This document shows positions 44,159 to 54,000 of a stretch of DNA of 64,000 nucleotides, piece after piece. The DNA lies in IMG/VR virus record IMGVR_UViG_3300040758_000113; one strand, 5' to 3'. Each line of letters begins with the position of its first letter. Within the stretch, counting starts at the first letter, position 1. The translations under genes and the position numbers were made by a program. The notes under the pieces were generated by a model. It was not told the DNA's origin and made no database searches. It worked only from the letters and a program-made list of their open reading frames with translations. Source of the DNA: a virus.

Positions 44159-46645
44159 TTGATAACTGAAGGGAAAGGAAGAAAGCACCCTTCTCTCTGC
44201 CGCAAGTCAACGGGGTGCGTTTCAGTATGGGCGCACCCCGTGCATTTTACGCATCAAATAGGAAACGAACTACGGAACTTATCATGTAATGAGGAACCGG
44301 AAATTACCCTGATGCTTAGACGAGAAGCAGTGCCAAGAATGCCTAAAAAGCAGTGCAAACGGCTTGACCCTAACATCAAGAGCGAGGCTGAGGAAGAACT
44401 TGCCAGCAGCCTAAAGCATCTTATCGTCGGACAGACACGGGCAATTGAGGTACTCGTAGACGCATACGAAACCTTCCGTGCTGGTTTAGCCCCGCCTGAC
44501 CATCCTGTCGGAAATCTAATATTCCTCGGTCCCACCGGTTGCGGGAAGACCTACATCATTGAAGTAATGGCGGAGCTTCTCTTCGGCACCAAAAAGGCTC
44601 TCAAAAAAGTTGATTGTGCAGAATTTCAACACTCTCACGAGATTTCCAAATTGGTGGGGTGTTTCATTACGGGAACACGGGTGATGTTTCCCGGAGGCAC
44701 TGTTCTACCTATAGAAAAAGTCGAAAAAAACGCTAGCATAAGTGGGGAAAATGGGGAACCGCACCCTGTTATTGAAACCCATAGCCACGAATATGCCGGA
44801 GAAATAGTAAAACTAACGGCTGGAAACACCAACATACCCGTGGGATGCACTCCTTGGCATGAAATAAGGGCCATTCAGGACCCATGCACGAAAAACCGGG
44901 CGACGACAAAGAGGGGACGGCTCCTCAGCACGTTTTGCTCACCGAATAATCTTAAAGATATAGCGGCGGGAGACCTTAAAGCGGGGGATGTAGTGGTATA
45001 CCCTCGCCATAAATCTTCCCTCCAAGACGTAACCCTCGACTTAGCCGAATATACTAGGGGCCTTCCCAGATTTAAGTCTGATAACAAAGACATCTGGTCA
45101 ACGGCGACGAAAAAAAAGCTCCCCCGCTTTATACCTGTAAGCTCTGATTTTATGCGCTTGGCCGGATTTTACGTTAGCGAAGGTGGAAACTCCAAAAGCA
45201 AGAAATCCATCAATTTTACATTCGGAAAACACGGGCAGGACAGCCCGTGCATTCAAGAGGTGAGAGAGCTTATATACAGGGTGTTTGGGGACGTTCACAT
45301 AAGGGTGAAAGAGCGAAAGAGCAGTTATCGGATATACCTTTCCTCTCGACCCATAAGTCTTATGATGACTGACCTTTTTGGTGACCATGCTCTTCGCAAG
45401 CGTTTTCCAGCGTGGGTCTCCGACTTACGCCCAGAACTAGCCTACGACTTTTTAGATACGGCAATCTTGGGGGATGGGGGGAAGACTGTTTGCCGCCGCA
45501 TTGACTACGCCACAAGCTCCGAAACTTTGGCTTTCCAGATACAATTCCTCCTTCATAACTTGGGGTACGCAGTCCAAATGCAGGAGCAACACCCGAAGGA
45601 TAAGCGGGGGTATAAGGCATCCACTCGTTACCGGCTATACGTAGCCGGAGACCAAATAGCACAGTTTGCCAGTAACCTCCGCATAGTCGGGAAAAGCCTC
45701 AACCTTCTAAACTTGGGAAATTCGGGAATTCAACGTATGTCTTATGTGGATGATGACTATATCTACACCCGAATAAAAAAGATTGAACGAGAACTGTACA
45801 AGGGGATGGTGTACGATTTATCCATAAAAGATAAATCATACTATATGGTTTGTTTTCAAGTACATAACTCTCCTCCGGGTTATCTAGGACACCGGGATAC
45901 ACCAGCCTACTTACGTCAGGAAAGTCTGGATGCCCACCACACCGAAGAGTTAAAATTGACACTTTTACTCTTTGACGAGTTTGAGAAATCTAACGACGCC
46001 CTGTGGAACTTGTTACTTGGAATACTTGACAAAGGCACACTTACCTTGGGTGACAACAAGCAAAGCACCTTCGATAAATGCCTCATCATCATGACGGGAA
46101 ATCTCGGCTCCCGAGAAATGCAATATCTCGCCCGAGGTGGATTGGGGTTTGCCGGGTCTTCCACAAAGAGCAGTGAGGAGTTCAACAAAGAAGTGGAGAC
46201 AGCAGGACTGGAAGCCGCCAAGAAACGCTTCACCCCGGAGTTCCTCAACCGCATAGATGAGATAGTGGTGTTTCACTCCTTGGATAAGAAGCAACTCAAA
46301 CAGGTGGTGGAACTGGAAATCGAACAGGTGCAGAGCCGGGTGTTAAAGATGCGAGACCTCCGGCAGTTTGTCTTGGAGTTCACCCCCGCCGCCAAAGACC
46401 TGCTGATAACCCAAGGCACGGACTTAAAGAACGGGGCACGTCCTCTCAAGCGGATAATAGAGAAGCTGGTAGTGAAGCGGCTTTCCCGTTTTCTTAACAC
46501 CAAACAAGTCAACATGGGAGACCTCATCGTAGTGGATAAAGACAACGAAGACCTTAGTTTCACCCGTGTTGCCGAGGGTGTACTGGTCGCCGAAGATGTT
46601 GCTGTTAACGAGGAAGCCTCTGCTACCAAAGCTGCTACCAGCTAA
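44159..46645 (+). CDS. Clp/Hsp100 D2-type AAA+ ATPase interrupted by an intein
   Basis: LIVGQTRAIEVLVDA...GLAPPDHPVGNLIFLGPTGCGKT; SKLVG|C...HN|SPPGYLGH junctions. Confidence 0.8.
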   Translation: MITEGKGRKHPSLCRKSTGCVSVWAHPVHFTHQIGNELRNLSCNEEPEITLMLRREAVPRMPKKQCKRLDPNIKSEAEEELASSLKHLIVGQTRAIEVLVDAYETFRAGLAPPDHPVGNLIFLGPTGCGKTYIIEVMAELLFGTKKALKKVDCAEFQHSHEISKLVGCFITGTRVMFPGGTVLPIEKVEKNASISGENGEPHPVIETHSHEYAGEIVKLTAGNTNIPVGCTPWHEIRAIQDPCTKNRATTKRGRLLSTFCSPNNLKDIAAGDLKAGDVVVYPRHKSSLQDVTLDLAEYTRGLPRFKSDNKDIWSTATKKKLPRFIPVSSDFMRLAGFYVSEGGNSKSKKSINFTFGKHGQDSPCIQEVRELIYRVFGDVHIRVKERKSSYRIYLSSRPISLMMTDLFGDHALRKRFPAWVSDLRPELAYDFLDTAILGDGGKTVCRRIDYATSSETLAFQIQFLLHNLGYAVQMQEQHPKDKRGYKASTRYRLYVAGDQIAQFASNLRIVGKSLNLLNLGNSGIQRMSYVDDDYIYTRIKKIERELYKGMVYDLSIKDKSYYMVCFQVHNSPPGYLGHRDTPAYLRQESLDAHHTEELKLTLLLFDEFEKSNDALWNLLLGILDKGTLTLGDNKQSTFDKCLIIMTGNLGSREMQYLARGGLGFAGSSTKSSEEFNKEVETAGLEAAKKRFTPEFLNRIDEIVVFHSLDKKQLKQVVELEIEQVQSRVLKMRDLRQFVLEFTPAAKDLLITQGTDLKNGARPLKRIIEKLVVKRLSRFLNTKQVNMGDLIVVDKDNEDLSFTRVAEGVLVAEDVAVNEEASATKAATS
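44660..45868 (+). mobile_element. intein (403 aa) with LAGLIDADG homing endonuclease domain
   Basis: Cys1 after SKLVG; terminal HN then Ser; LAGFYVSEGG and LDTAILGDGG motifs. Confidence 0.75.
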
Positions 46646-46705
46646 ATATGCACCCCTTTATAGAGGTGCCTGAACAAGCCAAAACTACTACCGTATTCTT
46701 TATAT

Positions 46706-47326
46706 ATGGGAAACTTGTGTGAATGTGGATGCGGGACGGTTGTCAAAAACCGCTTCGCTCTTGGTCATCATTTGCCTATGAACAGGGTAGGGCAGTTGTT
46801 CGGAAACTGGAGAGTCCTTGCTCCCGCCACTCCTGTTCATTATAAATGTGCAACTTACACTCGTTTTCACCGTCGTTGGCTTTGTGAATGCCAATGTGAA
46901 AAGAAAACTACAAAAACGGTTTCTGACAATCAACTTATGACCGGAGGAGGAACAAAGTGCTGTTCTTTCCGTTGGACTAATGGTAAAGCTTCAAAAAGAC
47001 CGTATGAGGCCCTCTTTATCTTGCTCACAAAAACAGCAAAACATAGAAACATACCATTAGACTTAACTTACGAGCAGCTTCTTTCCTTTATATCTGTAAC
47101 TTCTTGCCACTACTGCGGGGCTCCCGTCTCATGGAAGAAATATGATGTCAGTAGGAGTGGGCACAGATACAACCTAGATAGGAAAAACAATGAACTACCC
47201 TATACATTAGAGAACTTAGTAGTATGCTGCAAGCGGTGCAACTATGCTAAAGGACGTTGGTTTACCTATGAGGAGTGGGTGGCAATGACTGCTGCTCTCA
47301 GGAGCCTAAAATGTTCAACTGGATAA
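46706..47326 (+). CDS. HNH endonuclease
   Basis: LDRKNNELPYTLENLVVCCKRCN. Confidence 0.7.
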   Translation: MGNLCECGCGTVVKNRFALGHHLPMNRVGQLFGNWRVLAPATPVHYKCATYTRFHRRWLCECQCEKKTTKTVSDNQLMTGGGTKCCSFRWTNGKASKRPYEALFILLTKTAKHRNIPLDLTYEQLLSFISVTSCHYCGAPVSWKKYDVSRSGHRYNLDRKNNELPYTLENLVVCCKRCNYAKGRWFTYEEWVAMTAALRSLKCSTG

Positions 47327-47652
47327 GAAAGTTAGGAGTTTACAGTACAAATCTCTTTGAAAGAGCCTTGAAAGAACCTGACGTAAATTCACGTTTAATC
47401 TTTCTCGGAACCTCAGTCGTAACTTGTTTCCTGATGTTGGAACACAGCGTCATTTATGCGATTGCATTCTTACGACACGGTACTACGGACCCCAGCTACC
47501 CTACGATAATGGGAGTATTTTGCGGGGGTCATGGATTTAATGCTCTAGGGCGGTTTTTTACAAAAAAGAAAGGTGATGGTCAAAATGGGGATGGACATGG
47601 CGTAGATGCCGACTCAGACTCCCCTGTAGTTCCTTCCCCACCGCAAACATAA
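47311..47652 (+). CDS. hypothetical protein
   Basis: ORF overlapping HNH 3' end. Confidence 0.35.
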   Translation: MFNWIRKLGVYSTNLFERALKEPDVNSRLIFLGTSVVTCFLMLEHSVIYAIAFLRHGTTDPSYPTIMGVFCGGHGFNALGRFFTKKKGDGQNGDGHGVDADSDSPVVPSPPQT

Positions 47653-47670
47653 CAAGGCAACAAATCTGCT

Positions 47671-48363
47671 ATGTTCTATACTTACATGTGGTTACGTGAC
47701 TACCCATGTCCAGTTTGTGGACAGGTGGGATGCCCCTACTATGTTGGTAAAGGACACGGAAGACGAGCATTTGTAAAACATAAAGTAGGCAATAGATATT
47801 TTTCTCCTCCAACTAATCCTGATTGTATCTTAACTCAGGAGTGGCCAAACGAAGTCCACGCATTGGATGGAGAGAAATTCTTAATAGCTATGTATGGGCG
47901 AATAGACCAAGGAACTGGGTGTCTAAGAAATGGGACTGACGGAGGAGATAGGTTATGTAATCCATCCTCGGAGATTCGTAAAAAGATGGCAAAAGCCGGT
48001 AGAAAAAGTGTAGAAAACGGTCGTATCTATCTCCTTGCAACCAAGGAAAGCTGTAGTAAAGGAGGAAAGATTGGTGGAAAAATAACTGGTAGAATACAAG
48101 GCAGAAAAAATGTAGAGACTGGTCACCTTGCTTCTATTGTTACAAAAGAAAGTTGTAGTCGGGGAGGAAAAACTGCAATAACCAAGATGAATCATGAGGC
48201 TCATGTTCGTGGCGGCAAGGTTGGCGGCAAATTGAATGGTCAAAAGAATGCTAAGAATGGGGTTCTTATCAAAGCTTCTTGCCAACGATGGAACATCAAT
48301 CATGGTAAGCCTTGCACCTGCGGCAGACATCCTAGCCCTCAATCCTCAATCCTCAACCAGTAA
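47671..48363 (+). CDS. GIY-YIG homing endonuclease with NUMOD3-like repeats
   Basis: MFYTYMWLRD...PYYVGKG; repeated KESCSKGGKIGG; C-terminal QRWNINHGKPCTCGRH. Confidence 0.7.
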   Translation: MFYTYMWLRDYPCPVCGQVGCPYYVGKGHGRRAFVKHKVGNRYFSPPTNPDCILTQEWPNEVHALDGEKFLIAMYGRIDQGTGCLRNGTDGGDRLCNPSSEIRKKMAKAGRKSVENGRIYLLATKESCSKGGKIGGKITGRIQGRKNVETGHLASIVTKESCSRGGKTAITKMNHEAHVRGGKVGGKLNGQKNAKNGVLIKASCQRWNINHGKPCTCGRHPSPQSSILNQ

Positions 48364-48595
48364 CTGTTTAATCGTTTTTAAAAATCCTCCACAGGTTATG
48401 CACAAGCTGTTTATTTGTTAATGTGGTGGAAACGGCCAAACCACACCACCGGACCCAACCGCTCCTCCGCCCCCGGTAACGTCGCCGCCAGCGTCAAGTT
48501 AACTCAATAAAATCAACGGTTTGAAGATTTATTCACGAAAGTCGCAATATTTTGGGTATTTGTGGATACATGGGCTACAGCCCATTGGAGGCAAT

Positions 48596-48961
48596 ATGAG
48601 CGGAGAATTGATTGAGGACGGAGTTCCCGTTCCTCAGAAAGAATCCAAGTACGCAGTGTTGGGAAAGCTGAGAGTCGGGCAGAGCGCCGTCATCGCCGTA
48701 CCCCGGTCTTCCAGTCTGAGCAAGACCATTGCCGCTCTGCAAACGAAAACAGGGAAGCGTTTCAAGCGTCTCAAGGTGGGGGGCGGCGTCCGGGTGTGGC
48801 GCATCGACCCCGAGGAAGCGAAGCCGAGGAAAGGCAAGAAGTCAGCCACTCCTATTCCGGTTGCGCCCCCGTCCATCGACCCGGTAGCATCAACTCCCAT
48901 GCCAGCGCCTCCCACCGAGGATGGCGAGGCATCCCTGCACGCCGTGGATGCTGAGGCATAA
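48596..48961 (+). CDS. hypothetical protein (start MSGELIEDG, GGAGG RBS)
   Basis: RBS. Confidence 0.5.
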   Translation: MSGELIEDGVPVPQKESKYAVLGKLRVGQSAVIAVPRSSSLSKTIAALQTKTGKRFKRLKVGGGVRVWRIDPEEAKPRKGKKSATPIPVAPPSIDPVASTPMPAPPTEDGEASLHAVDAEA

Positions 48962-49011
48962 AATAATCCGTGTTTCCCTCCACCTTGTGGTATACTGAGA
49001 GTGGAGGGAAC

Positions 49012-49308
49012 ATGGCAAAGAGCCGCAGAGACCTTTTCAGATTCGTACAGGAACTCAGGGATGCGGTAAGATTCGATACCCGCTATATCGGGTCTAACTT
49101 TGAAGCAGAGTTTCAAGCCCTCTGTGGTAAGTTAGAGCGGTTTGAGAATGCTCTCTGCATGACTTCTGGTCAATCTCTAAAAGCGGATGCCGTAAAGTTA
49201 ACCTTGCTCCGCCTTCAAGCCTCAAGGCTTAATCTGTATCAATTCAAACGTCATCCCACCTCAAATTGGATATCGAAATACGGTTCTTGGTGCGATGATA
49301 CGTTGTAA
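49012..49308 (+). CDS. hypothetical protein (start MAKSRRD, GGAGGG RBS)
   Basis: RBS. Confidence 0.5.
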   Translation: MAKSRRDLFRFVQELRDAVRFDTRYIGSNFEAEFQALCGKLERFENALCMTSGQSLKADAVKLTLLRLQASRLNLYQFKRHPTSNWISKYGSWCDDTL

Positions 49309-49425
49309 AAACCGATGCCCCCGGATAACTGCTTATTCGACAGCGCATGGGAGCAGTGGCTACCCGGCAAGAGGTTTTGGGGAACTTTCTAGGTTTTCAG
49401 TATTATAGGTATGGGGGTAAAGTCG

Positions 49426-49584
49426 ATGCTATCCCGTATCCTGTTTGGAATGTTATGGTTAGTCAAAGCGGCCCCGTTGGGTTTGGGACTTATAGTCCTC
49501 GCATCGGTATGCTTTGGCTATTACTGCGGCATTAAAGCCGCTGCCGTCGAACGCCGCTATGCGGAGGAGGATGACTCATGTTGA
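49426..49584 (+). CDS. small membrane protein (52 aa, holin-like topology), not in ORF track
   Basis: TM LWLVKAAPLGLGLIVLASVCFGYY then charged tail; stop overlaps next ATG. Confidence 0.35.
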   Translation: MLSRILFGMLWLVKAAPLGLGLIVLASVCFGYYCGIKAAAVERRYAEEDDSC

Positions 49585-50036
49585 ACAAAATGACAGACCG
49601 GAACGGCTCTTTCCGAAAGCTCCTCGGAGCGGTCGGGGGAGCACTCTTGTTTGCCGATGGGACTTACGTGACGATGATTGGCGCTCTCCTCATCTTGTGG
49701 GCATTTTTTGAGGATTTCGGAAATCTCACGCTGTGGGTCTTTGACGACCGTTGCACCAACAAGGCATACGATGCCCTCAAGAAAGACCCGCACGCCTCTG
49801 TAAACGCCTTCCACGCTCACCAAGTGGCATTGCGGCAGTATGCTGAGCGGCAACACCGCACTTTTCGGCAGCGTATCGCCTTCGCTTGGGAGCAACTTCT
49901 AAGTCGGGTTAAAGCCTTTTTCGCCCGATTGAACTTTTGGAAAGCCAAATTCACAATCTTGAACTTCTACGACAAACTGACTCGGCTATACCGTTTCGGA
50001 TGGAGGAAGTATGAAGATTATTCTGGAATTGACTAA
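49578..50036 (+). CDS. membrane protein (152 aa)
   Basis: TM LLGAVGGALLFADGTYVTMIGALLILWAFF. Confidence 0.55.
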   Translation: MLNKMTDRNGSFRKLLGAVGGALLFADGTYVTMIGALLILWAFFEDFGNLTLWVFDDRCTNKAYDALKKDPHASVNAFHAHQVALRQYAERQHRTFRQRIAFAWEQLLSRVKAFFARLNFWKAKFTILNFYDKLTRLYRFGWRKYEDYSGID

Positions 50037-50202
50037 GGATGAAGCCTTTGCCATCTTGGAAGAGCGCAACATCGCCGCCGCCCACAATGGTTACTCAGAT
50101 AGGGACTTTGAGTCAGCAAGAAGAAAAATCAAGGAAGCCCTCCGCAACCCACAACCAGACGAGGCGTCGGATATCGAACCCGAGGGGCGATTAGGAGACT
50201 GA
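50011..50202 (+). CDS. hypothetical small protein
   Basis: ORF. Confidence 0.4.
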   Translation: MKIILELTKDEAFAILEERNIAAAHNGYSDRDFESARRKIKEALRNPQPDEASDIEPEGRLGD

Positions 50203-50415
50203 ACATGAACAGCCGGGTCCACGAAAGCCATTAGGCAGCCACCATCGTCATGATTATCAGGATGGAGAAGCGGACGTGGAAACGGACGGATACGTGCCCT
50301 ATAACCTGAACGTCGGCGGGGGTGATTACGTAGAGTTCACTGTCTGTTTGGAATGCGGGCAGATACAGGGAACTTTCCCCGTGTCCAAGGAAACGGTAGC
50401 AGAGGTATTCTTCAA

Positions 50416-50613
50416 ATGAGTATGATTGGTGACATCGCCACGGAGGCGACCGTCGAAGAGTTTGTGAAGGAAATTGACCGGCTTATCATCAAGCACCGGG
50501 ATAGCCCGGAGGCGATAAAAGCTCTCAAGGAAGCCGGGCGCTTCGCCCTCACACAATTCGATTACACCACCCCGGCGTGGGCATATACGTTCGCTGCCAA
50601 GTTCCGGGAGTAA
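50416..50613 (+). CDS. hypothetical protein (start MSMIGD)
   Basis: internal Met of ORF 50353..50613. Confidence 0.45.
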   Translation: MSMIGDIATEATVEEFVKEIDRLIIKHRDSPEAIKALKEAGRFALTQFDYTTPAWAYTFAAKFRE

Positions 50614-50690
50614 TAAAAACTACCCCCCTCCCACGTTTATTTCAAAGTTTAGTATAGTCTGCTAACTATCCATTCCTTAGTGGAGGTCTT

Positions 50691-51077
50691 ATGACAACTA
50701 AGGAACGAGAACAAAATTGGCGTAAGTTTTCAAAATACTACACCACAACTAAGGGCCGGGCGGCTTTCATGCTCAACAATGCTCGGAAAAGAGCAATAAA
50801 GGATAAAGTGCAGTGTCTTATAACTCAGGACTGGATTAGAAAAAAATTAGAACGGGGAGTATGTGAAGTAACTAACCTACCCCTTGAGTTAAATGTTGGT
50901 AATGGTAAAGGAAGTAGAACAAACTCATTTAGTCCCTCCTTAGACCGCAGAAATCAAACAGGAGATTATTCACCAGAAAATACTCGCCTTACTTGTTGGA
51001 TTTATAATAGGGCACGAGGTGCTTTTCCTGATGTTGATTTTGACAGGATGGTAAACGCACTAAAAACTAAATGTTAG
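50691..51077 (+). CDS. HNH endonuclease (HNH_3-like)
   Basis: SLDRRNQTGDYSPENTRLTCWIYNRARG. Confidence 0.6.
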   Translation: MTTKEREQNWRKFSKYYTTTKGRAAFMLNNARKRAIKDKVQCLITQDWIRKKLERGVCEVTNLPLELNVGNGKGSRTNSFSPSLDRRNQTGDYSPENTRLTCWIYNRARGAFPDVDFDRMVNALKTKC

Positions 51078-54000
51078 TCTTGAGGTTCTTGGTGGTGACA
51101 AACTCCTTGGGCATGGGCCGGTCATCGGCGGCGGTCATTTGAGAAGCTCCCCGGTAATGGGGTGCTTCTTCGGTGTTCTCCAACCCCTTGAGGTAACCAT
51201 GCTGGGACTCGTTGAAGTTGATAATGCGGACCTTGTCCCAGTCAATCAGTTGATTGAGTTTGTGTGCCCCGCCCGACCCCAGCACCGGCTGATTGAACAG
51301 AAGCACTTGGTGGGGAACCTGCGTAGTGCCGTGCTTATCGTAGATACCATCGTATCCGGCGTCAACGAGTTCTCTCTGCGTCGGTGCCTTGCTAATAAAC
51401 CGATGACTTTCTCCTCCCATGGAGGATACCCACTCGCCTTGCGGATTCTTCACTGCCAACTTTAGAGGACGGGTGAAATGAAGCTCCATGAAAGCTCCCT
51501 GCGCCCGGCCCGCTGCCCATGGGCTGGTGCGGTTCATGGACGGGTGGGTATAGACCCCCACCCCCATCTCGTTGTAGCCCTCGGTCTCACCGTAGAAGCT
51601 CTTCTGGGCCTTTATTTTCTTCGCCCGGTAAGCCGAGGTGCCGTGGTAGAGCGGACGGCTCCACGTCGCCTCCTCAGCCTTGACCGGCTCCGCCGCTGAC
51701 CGCTTCTGCAACCTCTGTTCCCGCTCCGCTATCTCCTCGGGTGTCATGTGGTAAATGGTGGTGGTACCCTCACGAGTCCAATAGCCGGGGAGACCAGAGT
51801 TGTTCCTCCAAGCTCCGGGGGGCAAACCCTCCTGCGAGATTTCCTCTTCTTCCTCTTCCGGCTCATTGATGGGTATGATGTCCCGGTCACTGACGAGCAG
51901 GATATCATCGCCGTCCGGGTAGTTGTGGGGGATAATCCAGCCGGGGAGGACTTGGGCAAGGTCTTCCACATAATCATGCCCACTTAGCGGGCTGGGGAAG
52001 TTGAACATATCAGCGAGTCTTTCAAGGTCTTCCGAACCATCTATCCTTGGGAGACGGATAGGCTTGGTGACTTGGAATTTGAGAATGCGTTGCTCGCCCT
52101 CCTCGCCGCCATGCCACGCCTTAAAGTACTCGGCAACAGATTCAGAGGTGCTAAACCATGCCGGGGTTTGGATGTCCATTGCCGGGAAATCTTCCGTTGT
52201 GCCGTGGTAGAGGATGGTACCCTTGGAGATAAGATAGGTCTTGCGCCAACGCCTCCACCACTCGCCGGAACTCCACTTGTGAACGGAGCCGGGCGGCATC
52301 CAGTCAACCACCTCATAAGCTTCGGTGTAGGGGTACTTTCGCTTGATGGCTTCTATCACCTCGGGAGGAGTAAATTCAAGGTCGAATCTCCTTCCTCCCC
52401 ATGGACCAAAAACCACCGTATCGTCTAGGCTCTCTTCTGAGGGGTTCTTAGAGTAGTCATAAGTCTCGGCATCCGTCCAGACGTAGATTTGCCTCTTAGC
52501 TTTGTCAATGTAAAAGTTGCCCCTTGGGATGCGGTCAAACTCCGGTCCTCGGTCGGGGATTCCCATACGAGAGAACCAGTCGGTGTGTGCCATTCCCCTC
52601 GGGCTAAGGAGAACCTTGCCCTCCCATATCGCCCACGGGTATCCTACCAATCCAGCTATCTTCATAGCCGACCGTAAGTCGGGGTGCATGTCCCGTTCAA
52701 TGTCGGTGCTGCCCTTGCAATCCATGCAGAAATAGGTGTCAGTGGTCGCAGAGTGCATCGCCCACGCTGTCTGGTCCGAACCACAACGGGGACAGAAACC
52801 TCCCCATTCCGAGGCGGTCTTGGCAGTCTTAGCGGTCATCAGGGGTTGAATCACGTCCTTCCCCCAGTACCGGTAATCAGCATCCACAGCGGGAGACACG
52901 AGAGCGAAGTAGGTCACTGTTCCTTGGTCCACGACGTAGGGAATATATCCGCTGGCGGACGCTCCCAGCCGTGCCATGCGTGCATACAGGGCGGCTCTAC
53001 CAACGCCCTCCGCCGAAAAGTACATCGCCGGGGGACGGAGGTCGTGCAGGGCGCTCATGACCAGACCACCCACCTTGGTGAACACCTCGGCAACGTGTCC
53101 TGTGTTGGTAGTCCCATAGGCACCAAGCAGGTTGGCATCGGCGTTCAAAAAGAGAAAGCTGACCGCTTTGTTACCAAAGGTAGGAAGACCCGGCTCGGCA
53201 TCCGTCCAACTCTGCATGACAGCGGTGTAGGGGATGTATCCCTTTTTTGTCTCAGGGGCCTTGATGTAAAATTGGGAACGCCAACGGCCTCCGCTGGCAT
53301 ATTGCCAGTCTTCCCAATCGGCTGGCTCCGGGACTTGCCGGGCGGCGGTCTTAGGCTGGGCATATGTCACATCGCTATCATAAACACCGTAGTCCATGCC
53401 ACTCCTGCTCCACTTCACCGTCAGAAACCGCTTGTTGCCGCCGTGGTACTTCTGACGAACATCCTCACCCGCATCATTGGTCTCCATGATATCCCGAATG
53501 TCCAACAGGGTACCTTTTTCTCCCGTGGACTTACGGATGACCGTGCAACCGATTTCACCCGGCTTGGCAACCTTGATGTATTTCGGAGGGACAGCGCCAT
53601 GCAGGATGACAGTGTTGGGGGACATCCCCTGCTCGTAGTCGTAATGGTAATCGTCATCCCCCAGTACATGAGCGAGATACTCCCGTGTCTCGCCCTCGGC
53701 GATATCAGTCTCCTTACCGGCAAAGGGTAAGCTACTGGGAGGAAGCTCTCGCTTCATGGCCTCGGTGTCAATCTCTAACACGGTGTCGTAGTAGCCGGAC
53801 TCATCCCAGTCGGTGCTGGTGAAGACCGCCGCTCCCGTGCTTCGGTTACTCAACCCCCGAGTCTCATCCATAGGGAGCAATCCCTGTTGCAGAATGGTCT
53901 CTACCTTGTCCTCATCCGTCCCATGATACAAGGTGGAGGGGTAGGCCCAAAATTCCTTGTTAAATTTTTCTTCCGAATCAGGCAGGAACTTCTCGGCATT

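Noticed and set aside
52684-53730. 348-aa plus-strand ORF inside the 1345-aa giant gene, and other plus-strand ORFs at 54301 and 54752
   Set aside because: They are antisense to a long, motif-rich minus-strand ORF and have no supporting signals.
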